Shown piece by piece: positions 38,017 through 46,656 of a stretch of 64,000 nucleotides of DNA (positions are counted from its first letter, which is position 1; each line of letters starts with the position of its first letter). The stretch spans positions 7,164 to 71,163 of IMG/VR virus record IMGVR_UViG_3300047379_000570. The stretch is one strand, 5' to 3'. The stretch comes from a virus. The notes below the pieces were generated by a model. The model ran no database searches. It worked only from the letters and a program-made list of their open reading frames with translations, and had not been told where the DNA came from. A program made the translations under genes and the position numbers.

Positions 38017-41000
38017 TTAGCCATTCCCGTTTAAGAATAGCTGTGCTTTCAACATATCACCTAATATGCCGTCAGTGAAATTTACTTGATCTTCAAAATT
38101 AACTACTCCTGTTGGAGAGCTTATTTCATCTTGATTTAATATATTTGTTTGTCCAGCTAATAGTCCGCTGACTACAACATCGGCTCCACCACCGCCAATT
38201 TGTGCTTCAATGAATGTTGCTAGTGCTTTTTGTGTTGGTACAATATTATCACTGTTAGCAGCTAATGCTCCGTCAGTGCTAAATTCTCTAACAACTGCGC
38301 TAGTACCACCTAACGATACTCCGCCTAGTCTTAGTTCAGTTAATCCAGACAATTGGAAGTCATCTGCATTCAATGTAATAACACCAGTAGCCTGTTCAAC
38401 CTTAAACAACTCGCCTACTCTAAAGTTACCATCTTGGTCAGTTGATGTGTAGAACACTCTACCACCGCCACTGTCAACTGCTTCGTTAGGTTGGCTAGGC
38501 TCGTTAGCAGAATCATAACCAAATATATATCTGCTAGGATATTCAGTATCACTTGCATTACCTGTACCGATATCTAAGAAATCGTGTCCTGTTAATCTAA
38601 CTTGACTATAGCTTTCTCTAATAGTGATTGCTGTTGCATGTGCTTGTGTTGTATTTGATTTTAAATACGGTGTTATTGCTAATGTTGCTGTAAAGTTTGG
38701 TGCTGTTCCAGTAATATTTGAAACTTCAACTACAGCAAAAAGTGTGTCAGTACCGGCAAATTCTAAGTTTGCGCCAGGTCCTGGAATCAACGATAATCCT
38801 GTTACATTAATAGTTGATCCAATTGGATATTCATCTGCATAACCGGCACCTGATACAGTTGCAACAAATGCTGATTGATATCCAGTACCTCTATTTGACC
38901 ATGTAGGCTGTGCTAACACGCCATCGCCAATTCTTACTTCCCACGCACCTGGTGATGTTGCGTTTGGATCTGTAATTGTAACCGTTGGAGGTGATGACGA
39001 TACATAACCCGATCCTGGTTCAATAATTTTAAATTGATTTAATCCGCCGCCGGAAATAGCAAGTCTTACAAACGCTGTTGTGCCGCTAGTTGGATCATCA
39101 ATAACAACTCTTGGTTCAATTTGATATCTACTTGTACTATCAGGTTGTACAAGAGTTGCTCCGGTAAAATGCTGCCAACCAGCACTGTCATCTGATTCTT
39201 TAGCGACAGTAACTTGTTTACTAACATTATCAAATGCTGTAATATATCCATATTGCCCAGCACCTGCGCCACTAATAATAACTATTCTCATACCATCATA
39301 GTTTGCAAATGTATTAATATCTGCTCCTGACATTATCATAGTTCCTGCACCTAATGACCCGCCGTCCTGTGCGTTACCTTGTAATTGTAGATAGCCTGTT
39401 CCTAAAGGAAGTAGTCCTGTGCCTGTCAATCTAATTTGGAAGATGCCGCCATCTCTAGTATTAGCAGTTGTAGAAGCTGCTCCAGACCCTGCGCCAGTAA
39501 CTGTGTATGTTGTGCTGGCATCATATCCTTCACCTGCGTTTGCATATTCTACAGTCAATACTTGGTTACCATCAGTAACTACATTGTTAACAATTGCTTG
39601 TCCTGCTCTATTATTTAATGAAGCAGTGATTGGTGTTTCAGTGTTATCAACACCTTCTGCAACACTACCATATTTTCCGTATGAGTTGTTACCATTAGTA
39701 CCTCTAATTTTTCCGCCATTCTCTGCAAGATAGCCAATGTGGTTGTAGTATGTAAACACACTAACAAGCTCTGTTCTACCTAAATTTGTACACCATACAC
39801 CAATACCGTCACTTAGTACTTGTGTAAAGTCGTTAGCAACAATAGAATCGTTACCGCCATCGTGCAGGTCTCCGTCAATTTTTAATCCTGTACATCCAGT
39901 ACCGATTGTAGTTACATTTTGAATATAAGGAGATCTAGTTTTAATCCAAACACTTTCATCAGTTGGGCCAGTACCTGGATCTAAACTTACATATGCTACG
40001 TCATTAACTGGGCGTTTAGTAAAGTATGCATTATCAACAGTTAATATGTCAAACAACCCTTCCATAGTTAAATTTCTAATGCCACTAGCATTTCTAACAT
40101 AGAACATCTTAGTTGACTCGTATCCTGTTTCTGGTTGTATTACTGTACTTCTTAATTCGTCACCAACAATTGCACAACCTTCTGGCACAATAATTGGAAG
40201 AATTTCTTTGTAAATTCCAGTTTTAACTATTACAGTTGATTCTTTTAAAGTTTGCACTTTTGCATTAAAGGTTGTTCCAAGACCGCCTACTTGTGTAAAA
40301 GTTTCATTTTTCCAAGTATCAAATGTTCTGTTTAGTTGATTCCATAAATCTCGACCAGCGTCTTCTTGTGCTTGTGTTCCTGACCATGTAGTTGTTCCGT
40401 CGATAAATGCTTCGTACCAACTTATCCATAAAGCAGCATCTCCGGCAACTATTGCTCCGGAACCACTTAGGTCGCCATATGGATTACTTGTTCTAGCATT
40501 ATTTGATTCTAGTACTGCTTTTAAATTAGGAGCATCAGTAGCATATTGTGCGTTTGCAGATGCGCTTAATTCTAAAGCATTATCAATAGCAGTGTAATTA
40601 ATTGAATCTCTATATGTAGGATTAGCTCTAATTTGATCACATGCATATTTGATTGTTTGATAAGGAGAGTTTAAACTTTTGCCTCTCTCTGGATTATCAA
40701 TTCCAGATGGGTGTACGTAGAACACATCAGCTATAAGATCAAGGTCTTGCCAATCTAATCCTGTAGATTCTACACGTAAAACTTGTCCTTCATTACCTCT
40801 AGCAAATCTTTGCTTGTTTAGTTTAGCAGGATCGTTTGTATATGTAATTAAATCACCACGTGTTGTTAGTACGTTTGATGTTTTACCTTCAGCATGTAAA
40901 TTCCATGTTACTGAATCAGTATCTGGTCTTTTACCTGTTGTTGATATATGCTTTACTGTACAAATATATGTGTTTGATCCATACGTTGCAAGATCTTCTA

Positions 41001-42459
41001 GTTTGTATTCTCTTTGATCAGCCCACTGACCTCGCCACTGTCTGCCGGGAACAACTACTTCCCAATGCGTTGCACTTGGAGGTTCAACTACATCTTCATT
41101 GTCTAAGATAGCAACATATAAGTAACCGTTGTGTCTAACAACATCTCCTACTTTGTATTCTTGCGAGCTATCATAATTATAATCGCCCTTGTGATCAAAG
41201 TTTTCATAAACTTGTTGCCAAGTTGCTGTATCCGTTGCTTGCGGCTTTACGTTTACATTATTTACTAATGCTCTATATCCATATCCGCCATAGTCAACTA
41301 CATCACCAATTTGATATTCAACTACTGCGTCCCATTGATTTTCAAATTCCATTCCTTCTAAATATAAATTCCAATTGCTCAGTTCAGATGGAAAATTTGA
41401 TGGACTTGCAGAAATGTGTTGTGTAACACATTTCCAAATACTTGATCCTTTTTTAACAATGTCGTTAACTTTATAATTTATACCGGCGTTGTGATCTTGT
41501 AAATAATTAAATGCTTGAAACGCTATTTCCCACTTAGATAAATCTAATTCGATACCTTCGTCTGTTGTTGCTGCACTAACATGTCCAGTAATACATCTGT
41601 ATAGTGTTGCATTATTCTTTACAACATCATTTGGTCTGTAGCGTGTGCCGTTAACCCATGTACCCTTGTACGAATCTTGTTCTGAAATAATGTGCCAGTT
41701 CTGAGATTCTGATTCTAATCCATCGTTGAATACCGAAGTACTAGTATGTCTATTAATACATTTGTAAATATATCCATTATAAACTACTATATCGCCTATA
41801 TCATATATTGTTCCAACGGTCCAGTCGTTTTTATATACTTGGCCGTCGATTTGCTTTTCCCAGACTGCTTCATTAGATACATTAAAGTCATTGCCCATTC
41901 CTGTGTGAAAATGACAGTAAAAAAAGAATGGTGTAGCATCAAGAGGAACAGTAATTCTTATTTCTCTATAATGTGCAGTATTAAAATTAGCGACATAATT
42001 ATCACCAGTAACTTCAGTATGATTAATATAATATTTTACACCGTCTTCAAATCTAAAACCACTGTTTACTAATGTACCATCTTCTGTTTTGCTAAAGAAC
42101 ATAGGATGAGGATTTGGCGCACCTCCGTTAGCATTTGGAAAATAAACGTTAGTTTGATCGTCTTGATTGAATACGTATGTTAAACCTTTCTTTAACGTAA
42201 TTTCAGGACTTAGTTGTCCTGAAACTCCATTGAAGTAATAAATGTTTCCTGTGTCAGCAGCATTTCTTCCTACAGTTACATATACTTCTTGATCCAATGT
42301 GCCAAAGTCAATATCAAAAGATGCTGCCGATGTGTGTCCTACACGACATACATATGTCGACCCTGCATATTCTACAATCTCGTCTTTAATGTATGCAGTA
42401 GTCGGAGACCATTGATTTTTCCATTTAAAACGTATTCTATCTAATTTAAAATCTGCCAT
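38017..42459 (-). CDS. Large tail fibre/spike protein, paralogue of the downstream gene, with cupredoxin-like insert
   Basis: Shares MA.FKL.RIRF.WKN.W, SIVANDFTQVLSDGIG and YSQVRLTGHDFLDIGTG; contains YCHFHTGMG. Confidence 0.8.
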   Translation of the reverse strand: MADFKLDRIRFKWKNQWSPTTAYIKDEIVEYAGSTYVCRVGHTSAASFDIDFGTLDQEVYVTVGRNAADTGNIYYFNGVSGQLSPEITLKKGLTYVFNQDDQTNVYFPNANGGAPNPHPMFFSKTEDGTLVNSGFRFEDGVKYYINHTEVTGDNYVANFNTAHYREIRITVPLDATPFFFYCHFHTGMGNDFNVSNEAVWEKQIDGQVYKNDWTVGTIYDIGDIVVYNGYIYKCINRHTSTSVFNDGLESESQNWHIISEQDSYKGTWVNGTRYRPNDVVKNNATLYRCITGHVSAATTDEGIELDLSKWEIAFQAFNYLQDHNAGINYKVNDIVKKGSSIWKCVTQHISASPSNFPSELSNWNLYLEGMEFENQWDAVVEYQIGDVVDYGGYGYRALVNNVNVKPQATDTATWQQVYENFDHKGDYNYDSSQEYKVGDVVRHNGYLYVAILDNEDVVEPPSATHWEVVVPGRQWRGQWADQREYKLEDLATYGSNTYICTVKHISTTGKRPDTDSVTWNLHAEGKTSNVLTTRGDLITYTNDPAKLNKQRFARGNEGQVLRVESTGLDWQDLDLIADVFYVHPSGIDNPERGKSLNSPYQTIKYACDQIRANPTYRDSINYTAIDNALELSASANAQYATDAPNLKAVLESNNARTSNPYGDLSGSGAIVAGDAALWISWYEAFIDGTTTWSGTQAQEDAGRDLWNQLNRTFDTWKNETFTQVGGLGTTFNAKVQTLKESTVIVKTGIYKEILPIIVPEGCAIVGDELRSTVIQPETGYESTKMFYVRNASGIRNLTMEGLFDILTVDNAYFTKRPVNDVAYVSLDPGTGPTDESVWIKTRSPYIQNVTTIGTGCTGLKIDGDLHDGGNDSIVANDFTQVLSDGIGVWCTNLGRTELVSVFTYYNHIGYLAENGGKIRGTNGNNSYGKYGSVAEGVDNTETPITASLNNRAGQAIVNNVVTDGNQVLTVEYANAGEGYDASTTYTVTGAGSGAASTTANTRDGGIFQIRLTGTGLLPLGTGYLQLQGNAQDGGSLGAGTMIMSGADINTFANYDGMRIVIISGAGAGQYGYITAFDNVSKQVTVAKESDDSAGWQHFTGATLVQPDSTSRYQIEPRVVIDDPTSGTTAFVRLAISGGGLNQFKIIEPGSGYVSSSPPTVTITDPNATSPGAWEVRIGDGVLAQPTWSNRGTGYQSAFVATVSGAGYADEYPIGSTINVTGLSLIPGPGANLEFAGTDTLFAVVEVSNITGTAPNFTATLAITPYLKSNTTQAHATAITIRESYSQVRLTGHDFLDIGTGNASDTEYPSRYIFGYDSANEPSQPNEAVDSGGGRVFYTSTDQDGNFRVGELFKVEQATGVITLNADDFQLSGLTELRLGGVSLGGTSAVVREFSTDGALAANSDNIVPTQKALATFIEAQIGGGGADVVVSGLLAGQTNILNQDEISSPTGVVNFEDQVNFTDGILGDMLKAQLFLNGNG

Positions 42460-42472
42460 TTTTTTATCCTAA

Positions 42473-42844
42473 TTATTCGTTGCCAGCCGAAGATGACCCA
42501 TCATCATATGCTACTTTTGTATTTACACTTGCTACTAATTCGCCTTCACTATTAACATAATACCAAACATTTTTATCATGCCATCTATACTGTTCGTAAT
42601 TTAAGTTACTATATAGAAGCTCGTGGTCGATATCTCTGCCTTCGTAAAAGTCAAAACCTTCTTCTAGTTGATCATAATCGTTTGCGTTATCGCCCGGCTT
42701 ATTAATTTGTATGCTTCCATTAGCATCCATTTGATCCATTTTGCCTAAAAACAACTCTCCAGAGTCTGTTCTACGTAATCCATAAAAATATCTATTTCTT
42801 ACTGCTGATAAAATTTGATCTGCATTTTGTCCCATATATGACAT
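42473..42844 (-). CDS. Hypothetical structural protein
   Basis: 123-aa ORF in the fibre operon with SD GGGG. Confidence 0.7.
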   Translation of the reverse strand: MSYMGQNADQILSAVRNRYFYGLRRTDSGELFLGKMDQMDANGSIQINKPGDNANDYDQLEEGFDFYEGRDIDHELLYSNLNYEQYRWHDKNVWYYVNSEGELVASVNTKVAYDDGSSSAGNE

Positions 42845-42855
42845 ATCATTACCCC

Positions 42856-43185
42856 TTATACAATATCTACATAACTAATAACGGCATCTAACGATTCGCT
42901 TTGATTCGATACAAGATACAATTGATTTGACGGTGCAAGAATTAATTTTTCTCCTGCTGCTAGTGCTCGCAAACTTGTGTTTGGCGGTACCATAACATCT
43001 TTCATAAAGTATCCTTCAACACTTGTGTCGTCATGAACTAAAACACTAGCACTTACAACACTCTCAGTTAAGTTTGCTAAACTTAAACCTACAATAGTTG
43101 ATCTAGTTGCTGCATCAGTTTCTATTGCTAAGATTGGAACTGTCCCAACTTCTTTTACTACTTTATTTTTAAATTGTGTTGCCAT
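42856..43185 (-). CDS. Small beta-sandwich fibre adaptor protein
   Basis: IVGLSLAN...KDVMVPPNTSL...KLIL...DAVISYVDI. Confidence 0.7.
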   Translation of the reverse strand: MATQFKNKVVKEVGTVPILAIETDAATRSTIVGLSLANLTESVVSASVLVHDDTSVEGYFMKDVMVPPNTSLRALAAGEKLILAPSNQLYLVSNQSESLDAVISYVDIV

Positions 43186-43189
43186 CTTT

Positions 43190-46100
43190 TTATCCTAATG
43201 TTATTGCGTATTCAATTGCTAAATCTTCTGCTGCTGTTACACTGATTGAACCTGTTGCACCTGCTACAGAAACCCAACTAAATCCGTCCCATATTTCTAA
43301 ATATCTTTGCTCTGTGTTGTATCGTACCATGCCAGTTTCTCTGTTTGCAGAAGCTGGACGTTGTACATTTGTTCCAACAGGTACAATAAATCCTCCTGTA
43401 CCTGCAATTTTAAAATAACCAGAACCAGACTGTTCAAATAATGTTACTGCGTCTACTGCTCTATTTGTTATCGTCGAATCTTTAAATGCTAAGTCATCAA
43501 TAACAACTGCTCCGCTGCCATTGGATGACAGTACTAAATCAGTATTTAGCGTAGTTGCTTCAATGACATTTCCGTCAATAACAATATCATCTACTTCAAT
43601 TCTTGGTGTAGTTAATTTGTCTGCATCAATTGTAGTAACTACGTTATTGCTAATATAAAATCTAATAGTATCGTCGTTTGCACCAGGAGTTAGTTCTGGT
43701 GTTATATAAGTGTCGCGATCTAAATCGTATACTCCACTTAATGTAATCCAATTACCGTCATAACCTTCAAACAAATTAGTATCGGTATTATAACGAACCA
43801 TACCAGTTGCAGGCGTTGGTCGACTTGCTGTATTTCCTTTTGGTAACTGTAAAGCACTTGACGAACTAATTCTAACTGTGCCGCTGTCTGAATCTAAATT
43901 AATATCGCCTGACAAACTTTCAATTGTATTACCACTTAATCTTAAATTTCCTGTTTCAATTTTGTCACCAGTAATTGTAGTAACGTTGCCACCAGTATTA
44001 ATAGTTATGCCACCAGTAGTGTCAATATTAAAGTCTGATGTAGTAAAATCTACAGTACCTGTTGATTGATCAATATGGAATAAATCACCAACTCTAAAAT
44101 CACCTTTGTGATCAACTGAGCTATATCTTACTTTTGCTCCGTTTAATTCATTAACTTCATTTGCTTGTATTACATTTGTATCGTCGTTGTCAGTTAATTT
44201 ACCTGTGCCAATGTAAGCTAAGTTTTGACTTACTAGGTACATTAATACGCCTTTGCCGTCGCCTACTACTCCGTAGTTTCCATATACACACGCACTTGCA
44301 ATAGAACGCAGTTCTGCGCCAAAGTCTGTAGTATCTGCTAATGTTATATAGTTAGCTGTGGCTCCGCCGCTAAATCTTATGTCTTGTGAATTTAAAGTGT
44401 CATCTGGAAATACTGTTGCTGCATTAGTTCCATTAAAGTGTAATAACAATGATGTATCTGTATCACTTGTTTCTTCTGATGTTGGAGCAACAAAATTACT
44501 AGTATATCTAGCTACACCTTTTGAAACTCTTAGTTCGTCAATGTAACCGTTAAAATAATCTGCTGAGCCGTCAAAAATAGATCCAATTACTAATGGTTTA
44601 GCTGTGCCGTAATCATGATTGTCAGTATATGTTGCACCCGATTGTGTTCCGTTAACAAACAATTTTGTACTTGTTCCTGATTTTGTCAGTGCTATGTGTG
44701 TCCAAGTATTTGCGCTTATTGTTGCTCCAGAAATTTGATTTCCGCTATTTGTATAATAAAATAGTTGATTAGATGCATCAATATATATCATAGGTGCTAA
44801 ATCAACTGCTGAACCTGCTCTAAAGTCAACAATAGTTTGGACAGTACCTGGATTAGTATGGTAAATCCAAAAACTAATTTCTAATTCGTCAGTACCAAAG
44901 CCAAAGTCATCTTGTGATGTTATTCCAACGTAGTCGCCAGTGCCGTCAAGTAATAAACTTGTTTGTCCAAATTTCTTCTGTGTTGTACTTAACTGAGCAT
45001 CAGCATATGCTGTAGTAGATTTGCCGCCGCGCTCGGCAGCAGTTTCTAAACCTGTTAAGTTGCCTGGTATATAAAATTTACCGTCTGAATCAACACTATC
45101 AATTGTTCCTGTTGCAAGAACTGTAACACCGTCAGTATCGTAGTAAGTAAATGTTTCCGCAGCACTAAATGTTCCTGTAACATCACTAACTCTTACTGAA
45201 GTTTTTCCTGCTGCTTTTAATCCTGTAGCACCGTTAAGTGCATATAAACCTCTGTTTGCAAAGTATGTAAAACAGTTTAACCATTCAATTCTTGTACCGT
45301 TAGTAACAGTTAATGCATCTACTCCAGGCGTAATAAAAGTTACACTATGGAATAAACATCCTGCTTCTCTTGATGCTGCATTTGCTATACTGCCGTCAAG
45401 TTTTGCGCCTCCGCCTGCATCACCTTGAGCAAAGCCTCTTGGGTCGTCTGCTGGTGTTACACTTCCTGATGTAATTACACTTACATTTCTAACATATGGT
45501 GATCTTGATGTTACTGTAAAGTTGTTTGCAAACTCAAAAGCATATCCTGGAGCAAAGAAGTCTTTAATTGTAACATCTTCGATTGTAGATTCACCGTTGA
45601 GCAAAAATGCTGTGTTGTTAATAGAACTAACATGCGGTACAATATTTACGCTACGAAGACTGTGTCCTTTTAGCGTTACACCGGCTGGTATAGTCATTGG
45701 AAATAATTCTGTATATACACCTGGATAGATGTGAATAGTATCGCCTGCTGTTGCTTGACTTAGTGCATGTTTAATTGTTGCATAGGGGTCATTAGGATGA
45801 TCGCCTGTATAAGTGTCGTCGCCATTTTCTGCAACATATAATGTATTACCTTGGCGAAGTGCTAAGTTGATTCCGTCTGCAAGTATGTTAGTTGTAGTTA
45901 CTGTTCCTGCATAAAAATTGTTAGTCCAAACATCTTGCCATTGTTTTCCGCCAAGTGCTGGGTCAGTACCTAGTTGATATGTGTCTGTTGCATCTGGTAC
46001 AATGTCACTTGCAATTTCTGCATTAAAGGTAACATTGTCAGTATCTGCATCACCAATTGTAATATTACCGTCTGCTGTGATATTTCCAGTTGCCGTAATA

Positions 46101-46522
46101 TTACCATAAACATTTGTATTACCAAATATTTCAACAGTGCCATTGCCATTTGGGTTTATTTGTATATTTCTGTCTGCAACATTAGTACTAATAACATTAT
46201 TTTCTATGTCAAAATCGTCAATGACAAGTTTTTGTTGATATACAGTATTTGTATTTGCACCAAGTTGAAGTCTATTTGTTACAGAAGATACAGTGTTGCC
46301 AGAGATTCTAACATCACCGAAAGCACCATCGCCTGGTACTTCTAAATTAGTTGTTCTTGTAGTTCCGGTTACATCTAGGTCATACTGGGGACTTGCATTG
46401 TTTATGCCGATGCGACTGTTTGTAACATCTAGATATAGTAAGTCATTCTCAAAAGCTAGATCCACTCCCTCACGAAGCAGGTTTGCTTTTAAGAGCGGAC
46501 CACTTATTCGACCAATAGCCAT
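43190..46522 (-). CDS. Tail fibre/baseplate protein with beta-helix-like and LamG/ConA-like domains
   Basis: YVAENGDD...PYATIKHAL...GDTIHIYPGVY; LamG-like WTHIAL...FNGYIDELRVSKGVARY; ends LAIEYAITLG. Confidence 0.8.
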   Translation of the reverse strand: MAIGRISGPLLKANLLREGVDLAFENDLLYLDVTNSRIGINNASPQYDLDVTGTTRTTNLEVPGDGAFGDVRISGNTVSSVTNRLQLGANTNTVYQQKLVIDDFDIENNVISTNVADRNIQINPNGNGTVEIFGNTNVYGNITATGNITADGNITIGDADTDNVTFNAEIASDIVPDATDTYQLGTDPALGGKQWQDVWTNNFYAGTVTTTNILADGINLALRQGNTLYVAENGDDTYTGDHPNDPYATIKHALSQATAGDTIHIYPGVYTELFPMTIPAGVTLKGHSLRSVNIVPHVSSINNTAFLLNGESTIEDVTIKDFFAPGYAFEFANNFTVTSRSPYVRNVSVITSGSVTPADDPRGFAQGDAGGGAKLDGSIANAASREAGCLFHSVTFITPGVDALTVTNGTRIEWLNCFTYFANRGLYALNGATGLKAAGKTSVRVSDVTGTFSAAETFTYYDTDGVTVLATGTIDSVDSDGKFYIPGNLTGLETAAERGGKSTTAYADAQLSTTQKKFGQTSLLLDGTGDYVGITSQDDFGFGTDELEISFWIYHTNPGTVQTIVDFRAGSAVDLAPMIYIDASNQLFYYTNSGNQISGATISANTWTHIALTKSGTSTKLFVNGTQSGATYTDNHDYGTAKPLVIGSIFDGSADYFNGYIDELRVSKGVARYTSNFVAPTSEETSDTDTSLLLHFNGTNAATVFPDDTLNSQDIRFSGGATANYITLADTTDFGAELRSIASACVYGNYGVVGDGKGVLMYLVSQNLAYIGTGKLTDNDDTNVIQANEVNELNGAKVRYSSVDHKGDFRVGDLFHIDQSTGTVDFTTSDFNIDTTGGITINTGGNVTTITGDKIETGNLRLSGNTIESLSGDINLDSDSGTVRISSSSALQLPKGNTASRPTPATGMVRYNTDTNLFEGYDGNWITLSGVYDLDRDTYITPELTPGANDDTIRFYISNNVVTTIDADKLTTPRIEVDDIVIDGNVIEATTLNTDLVLSSNGSGAVVIDDLAFKDSTITNRAVDAVTLFEQSGSGYFKIAGTGGFIVPVGTNVQRPASANRETGMVRYNTEQRYLEIWDGFSWVSVAGATGSISVTAAEDLAIEYAITLG

Positions 46523-46632
46523 CTCTTCTCCTCAGTACGGGGATCCTGTCCCTCTAGCCGAATTTTCACCCCTTAGGTTCTTTGCTGGCTAACCACAGTC
46601 TGACCCTGCAGGTATTGGTCATACTCTGCATT
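46523..46632 (-). promoter_or_regulatory. Structured 5' leader (candidate cis-regulatory RNA)
   Basis: 52% GC over 46531-46630 (counted by hand); two hairpins between a late promoter (46638-46644) and the SD. Confidence 0.55.
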
Positions 46633-46656
46633 AATATTATTTATCGTTTTTTGGGA

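Noticed and set aside
32921-39790. Template/variable repeat pair of a diversity-generating retroelement
   Set aside because: No reverse transcriptase in the window, both copies are coding, and the few mismatches are not adenine-specific
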